A stretch of 64,000 nucleotides of DNA from Candidatus Limnocylindrales bacterium (GTDB lineage: Bacteria > Chloroflexota > Limnocylindria > Limnocylindrales > CSP1-4): assembly GCA_035692005.1 (NCBI GenBank), contig DASSII010000102.1:135-64134 (forward strand), written 5' to 3'. This document shows, in pieces, positions 60,387-64,000 of this stretch. Position 1 is the stretch's first letter; every line of letters starts with the position of its first letter. A program made the translations under genes and the position numbers. A model generated the notes under the pieces. That model was given only the letters and a program-made list of their open reading frames with translations. It did not search any database and was not told the DNA's origin.

Positions 60387-61268
60387 ATGGCCACTCCCCG
60401 CCAAGTCGCCACGCTGGCCGTCGTCGTGGCGGCCGGTGTCGCGCTCGGCATCGGCATCGATGTCATCCGCGTCGGGGGCATCGACACGTGGCTCGACCGC
60501 CATCGGCCGCCCGTTGTCTATGAGCGGCTCGGCCGGCGCGTCGACATCGGTGGTCGCGCGCTGTACCTCGATTGTCGCGGGCAGGGCAGCCCGACCGTCG
60601 TCCTCGAGTCAGGGATGGGCGACGGCGCGGGCGGCTGGGGCTCGGTACTCGATGCGTCCGCGACGACGACCCGCACCTGCGCGTACGACCGGGCCGGTCG
60701 CGGCTCGAGCGACCCCCGCGGGCGGCACACCGCCACCGATGCCGCGGCCGACCTCCGGGCGCTGCTCGCGGCGGCCGGGGAGCGTCCACCGTTCATCGTC
60801 GTCGGTCATTCGCTCGGTGAGGCGTACGCCCGCGTCTTCGCGTCGCGCTATCGGACGGAGATGCGCGGCATCGTGATGGTCGACGGGTTCTCGCCCGATC
60901 TCCAGGTGGATGCCATCGAGCCGCTCCTGGGCGCGCTGCGTCCCGAGTACCAGGCCAGCCTGCAGTCGCTGCGCGATCTCGTGGCGCGCGTCGAGGATCT
61001 CGACTGGGCGACGTCCGAGGCGCAGCTCCGGGCGGCCGATGTCAGCGGCCTGCCGCTGGAGGTCCTGCGCGCACCGCGCGAGGAACCGCGCCTCGACGAG
61101 GCCGCCAACCGGGCCATCGCCGCGGCCTGGCAGGACGCCTACGGCTCACTGTCGCCCGGCCGGCTGCGCTACGAGATCGCGTGGGGGGCCGGACACATCA
61201 TCCAGGCCGACCGACCCGATCTGGTCATCGCGGCGATCGATCGATCCGTGCGGGCCGCCCGTGACTGA
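60387..61268 (+). CDS. Alpha/beta hydrolase with N-terminal membrane anchor
   Basis: VVLESG, YDRAGRG-x-S, VGHSLG, VMVD, GHIIQ. Confidence 0.85.
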   Translation: MATPRQVATLAVVVAAGVALGIGIDVIRVGGIDTWLDRHRPPVVYERLGRRVDIGGRALYLDCRGQGSPTVVLESGMGDGAGGWGSVLDASATTTRTCAYDRAGRGSSDPRGRHTATDAAADLRALLAAAGERPPFIVVGHSLGEAYARVFASRYRTEMRGIVMVDGFSPDLQVDAIEPLLGALRPEYQASLQSLRDLVARVEDLDWATSEAQLRAADVSGLPLEVLRAPREEPRLDEAANRAIAAAWQDAYGSLSPGRLRYEIAWGAGHIIQADRPDLVIAAIDRSVRAARD

Positions 61269-61695
61269 CCGACAGCCGGCCGCAGCGGTGATTGCCGCAC
61301 TCGGCCTCCGGGCACACCCCGAGGGGGGCTGGTACGCCGAGACCTGGCGCGCGCCGGCGGTCGGCACCACCCGACCGTCGAGCAGCGCGATCCTGTACCT
61401 GCTGGCGGCGGGCGAACGGTCGCATTGGCATCGCGTCGACGCTGACGAGATCTGGCAGTACGTGGCCGGCGACCCACTCGAACTGCGAACCGCATCCGAT
61501 GGACGGCCCCCCATCGAGCACCGGCTCGGCCGACCGCTGGCCGGCGATGGCATCCCGCAGGTCGTCGTCCCGGCCGGGACGTGGCAGGCCGCTCGCTCGC
61601 TGGGCGACTGGACCCTGGTCGGCTGCATCGTCGCGCCGGCCTTCTCGTTCGATGGGTTCGAGCTGGCGCCGCCGGGCTGGGAGCCGACCGCCTGA
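61261..61695 (+). CDS. Cupin domain protein (Cupin_5/DUF985)
   Basis: HPEGGWYAE, ILYLL, SHWHRVDADEIWQY, VGCIVAPAF. Confidence 0.9.
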   Translation: MTDRQPAAAVIAALGLRAHPEGGWYAETWRAPAVGTTRPSSSAILYLLAAGERSHWHRVDADEIWQYVAGDPLELRTASDGRPPIEHRLGRPLAGDGIPQVVVPAGTWQAARSLGDWTLVGCIVAPAFSFDGFELAPPGWEPTA

Positions 61696-61867
61696 CGGGC
61701 GCGCCGGGCGGCGGTGACGACGGTCACCGTCAAACGTGCCGGTGGCGGGAGTTGCAAGGCACCAGTTGCCGCGGAACGCGTATCCTGCGAACTCCTACGT
61801 GCTGCTCCGCGTCGACCGGTGTCGGCCGATCGGACGGCCTGCCATCATCGCTGGGGGATCCCGTTCC

Positions 61868-64000
61868 ATGGTCGTTCTGCCCCGCTCCGCTCGTCGGACC
61901 ACGCTCGCGCTGGTGTCCGTCGCTCTCGCCACGATCGTCGCCACGGGCACCGCGCTCGCCTCGACACCCGTGACGGTCGGCTACCGCGATCACAACTACG
62001 GCGGCGGCGCCAGCCGTCCGTCCGGGGACAAGCCGCAGTCGAAGCTGTGGTACGCGGGCGGTGCCTGGTGGGCCGGCATGTTCTACAACACCACGGTCAC
62101 GCCGAAGTTCTCCGAGTACCGCATCTGGAAGCTGAACGAGACGACCCACGCGTGGGCCGTCCAGGGCATCGGGACCAAGATGGATTCCCGCGACAAGTCG
62201 CATGCCGACTACCTGTTCGACAGCAACACGCTGTACGTCGCGTCGGCCCATCCGAAGGCGGACGCAGCCAACCCCGACGACCGCATCAAGTTCTACCGCC
62301 TCGCGTTCAACGGCAGCACCTACAGTCTGTCCCACGCGGCGGCCGTGCCGGGCAGCGAGGGCGGGACCAACAGCGCGGTCATCGCCAAGGGGTCCGACGG
62401 CAGCCTGTGGATCACCTGGAATGCCCTGGGCAAGGTCAAGTACGCCCTGTCACGCGACAACGGCGACACGTGGACTGTGGCCGCGGACCTGCCCGCCCAG
62501 CTTACGGACATCAAGGACGGCAACGTGCCGTCGAGCGACACCGTCGCCGTCGTCGCCTACCAGAACCGCATCGGCGTCATGTGGAGCGACCACAGCGCCA
62601 GTCCGCCGGCCGACACGACCGGCAACGGCTTCTGGTTCGCCTCGATCGCGGCCGCCGACGACCCGGCGGTGGGCGGCAACTGGACGCTCGACGCAAAGCT
62701 GCCGACGAAGCTCGCCAACTCGCTCGACGGCGAGCAGGCCGACAACCACCTCAACGTCAAGGTCGCGGCCGACGGCACGGTCTACGCGGTCGGCAAGACC
62801 GGCAAGGACACGGCCAACTGCGCCACCAACACGACCTTGCCGCTGATCGAGTTCTTCAAGCGCACCACCGCCGGGACGTGGTCGGTCTATCTCGTGTCGA
62901 CGGTCGCCGACTGCCAGACGCGGGCCCAGCTCGCCCTCGACGAGGAGCTCGGCGTGGCCTACGTCCTGCTGACCTCGCCCAACGGCGGCGGCACGATCTA
63001 CAGGAAGTCCGCCTCTCTGGGTGACCTCGACTTCCGTGGCGCCGCCAGCGAGGGCGCCCAGCTCGGCGTGCCGTTCATCAAGAGCGCGACCGAAACGCTG
63101 ATCGACGACGTGTCGACCACCAAGCAGCCGGTCACGGCCGCGACCGGCCTCGTGGCGATCGCCAACAACCTCAACCCGACGGCGGCCCGCTTCTATCTCC
63201 ACAACGAGCTGGACCTCGTCGCCAACGACAACACGGCACCGACGGGCACCGCGTCCATCAACGCCGACGCGGCCTACACGAAGCTGCCGGCGGTCTCGGT
63301 CGCGGTCCCCGCCACGGATGCGGGCAGCGGCGTGACGATGGTCCGCCTTGCCAACGTGGGCACCCTCAACGGCGGCGTGCTCGTCGACTCGAGCGCGCGT
63401 TCGTTCACCTACGGAACGCCGGTCGCCTGGACCCTCACCGCGGGTGAGGGGACGAAGACGGTCTGGGTCCAATGGCGCGACGCCGCGGGCAACTGGTCCG
63501 CGCCGATCACCGAGACCATCGGGCTCGATGCCACTGCCCCGACTGGCGGCTCCGTCGTCATCAATAGCGGCGACACGAACACCGAGACGACGTCCGTCAC
63601 GCTCGACCTGACCTCCGCGACGGACGGCTCCGGTAGCGGGGTCACCTCGGTCCTGGTCTCCAACAGCGCCGACTTCACCGGCGCGGTCTCGTTCCCGTTC
63701 GCGGCCTCGATCCCGTGGACCCTGCCGGGCGGCCTGCCCGCGCTCAAGACCGTCCACGTCAAGTTCGTCGATGCGGCGGGCAATGCCTCGACCGAAGTCA
63801 CCGACAGCATCACCCTCAGCGATACCACCGCTCCCGCCTCGGCCGGCGTGCCGGTCCATACCATCAGCGGACCGGTCAGCGGCGGCGTCCCGCTGCGCCT
63901 GGCCTGGACAGCCAGCAGCGCGGCCGACCTCGACCACTACATCGTCACCCGCTCGATGGACGGTGGCGCCTACGCCCAGGTCGGCCTGCCGACCACCAAC
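61868..64000 (+). CDS. Large secreted protein (signal peptide, propeller/BNR-like N-domain, Ig-like repeats, FN3-like domain), truncated by the window end; absent from the ORF track
   Basis: Open frame from ATG 61868 (MVVLPRSARRTTLALVSVALATIVATGTALA-STPVTVGYRDH...) to 64000 with strong GC3 bias; repeated PTG-x-x-x-IN-x-x-x-x-x-T and D-x-AGN-x-S motifs; LAWTAS...Y-x-V-x-RS-x-DGG near the end. Confidence 0.85.
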   Translation, partial: MVVLPRSARRTTLALVSVALATIVATGTALASTPVTVGYRDHNYGGGASRPSGDKPQSKLWYAGGAWWAGMFYNTTVTPKFSEYRIWKLNETTHAWAVQGIGTKMDSRDKSHADYLFDSNTLYVASAHPKADAANPDDRIKFYRLAFNGSTYSLSHAAAVPGSEGGTNSAVIAKGSDGSLWITWNALGKVKYALSRDNGDTWTVAADLPAQLTDIKDGNVPSSDTVAVVAYQNRIGVMWSDHSASPPADTTGNGFWFASIAAADDPAVGGNWTLDAKLPTKLANSLDGEQADNHLNVKVAADGTVYAVGKTGKDTANCATNTTLPLIEFFKRTTAGTWSVYLVSTVADCQTRAQLALDEELGVAYVLLTSPNGGGTIYRKSASLGDLDFRGAASEGAQLGVPFIKSATETLIDDVSTTKQPVTAATGLVAIANNLNPTAARFYLHNELDLVANDNTAPTGTASINADAAYTKLPAVSVAVPATDAGSGVTMVRLANVGTLNGGVLVDSSARSFTYGTPVAWTLTAGEGTKTVWVQWRDAAGNWSAPITETIGLDATAPTGGSVVINSGDTNTETTSVTLDLTSATDGSGSGVTSVLVSNSADFTGAVSFPFAASIPWTLPGGLPALKTVHVKFVDAAGNASTEVTDSITLSDTTAPASAGVPVHTISGPVSGGVPLRLAWTASSAADLDHYIVTRSMDGGAYAQVGLPTTN

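Overview
High-GC (roughly 70% by eye) bacterial chromosomal segment. Gene style suggests Chloroflexota (Limnocylindria/Ellin6529-like), but this is an inference. About 58 housekeeping and accessory CDSs are present. There is no CRISPR array, rRNA, transposase or integrase. Main blocks: (i) fsa/tal, pyrG, psuG and a PfkB kinase, with two peptidases and a vapBC pair between the last two; (ii) a pentose-phosphate cluster tkt-rpiB-(lipoprotein)-pgi-gnd-zwf-opcA-pgl, then citrate synthase; (iii) an Mre11/SbcD-like nuclease plus an SMC-like ATPase that has a transmembrane hairpin where the zinc hook would normally be; (iv) a self-contained selenium/formate dehydrogenase locus: mobA-like, selB, selA, tRNA-Sec(UCA), selD, an FDH catalytic subunit with an in-frame UGA and SECIS (split into two ORFs in the supplied track), a NuoE-NuoF fusion, a separately encoded Fe-S N-terminal module and fdhD; (v) a large secreted Ig/FN3-repeat protein that runs off the right end. 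Features the gene calls do not explain: a highly structured ~350-nt intergenic element at 41-392; a second structured element with DnaA-box-like motifs at ~32795-33095; a REP-like palindrome cluster at ~30779-31108; many leaderless TANNNT promoters, including an 18-bp bidirectional one; and short tandem duplications across stop codons. All folds and family assignments were made by eye and need computational confirmation.
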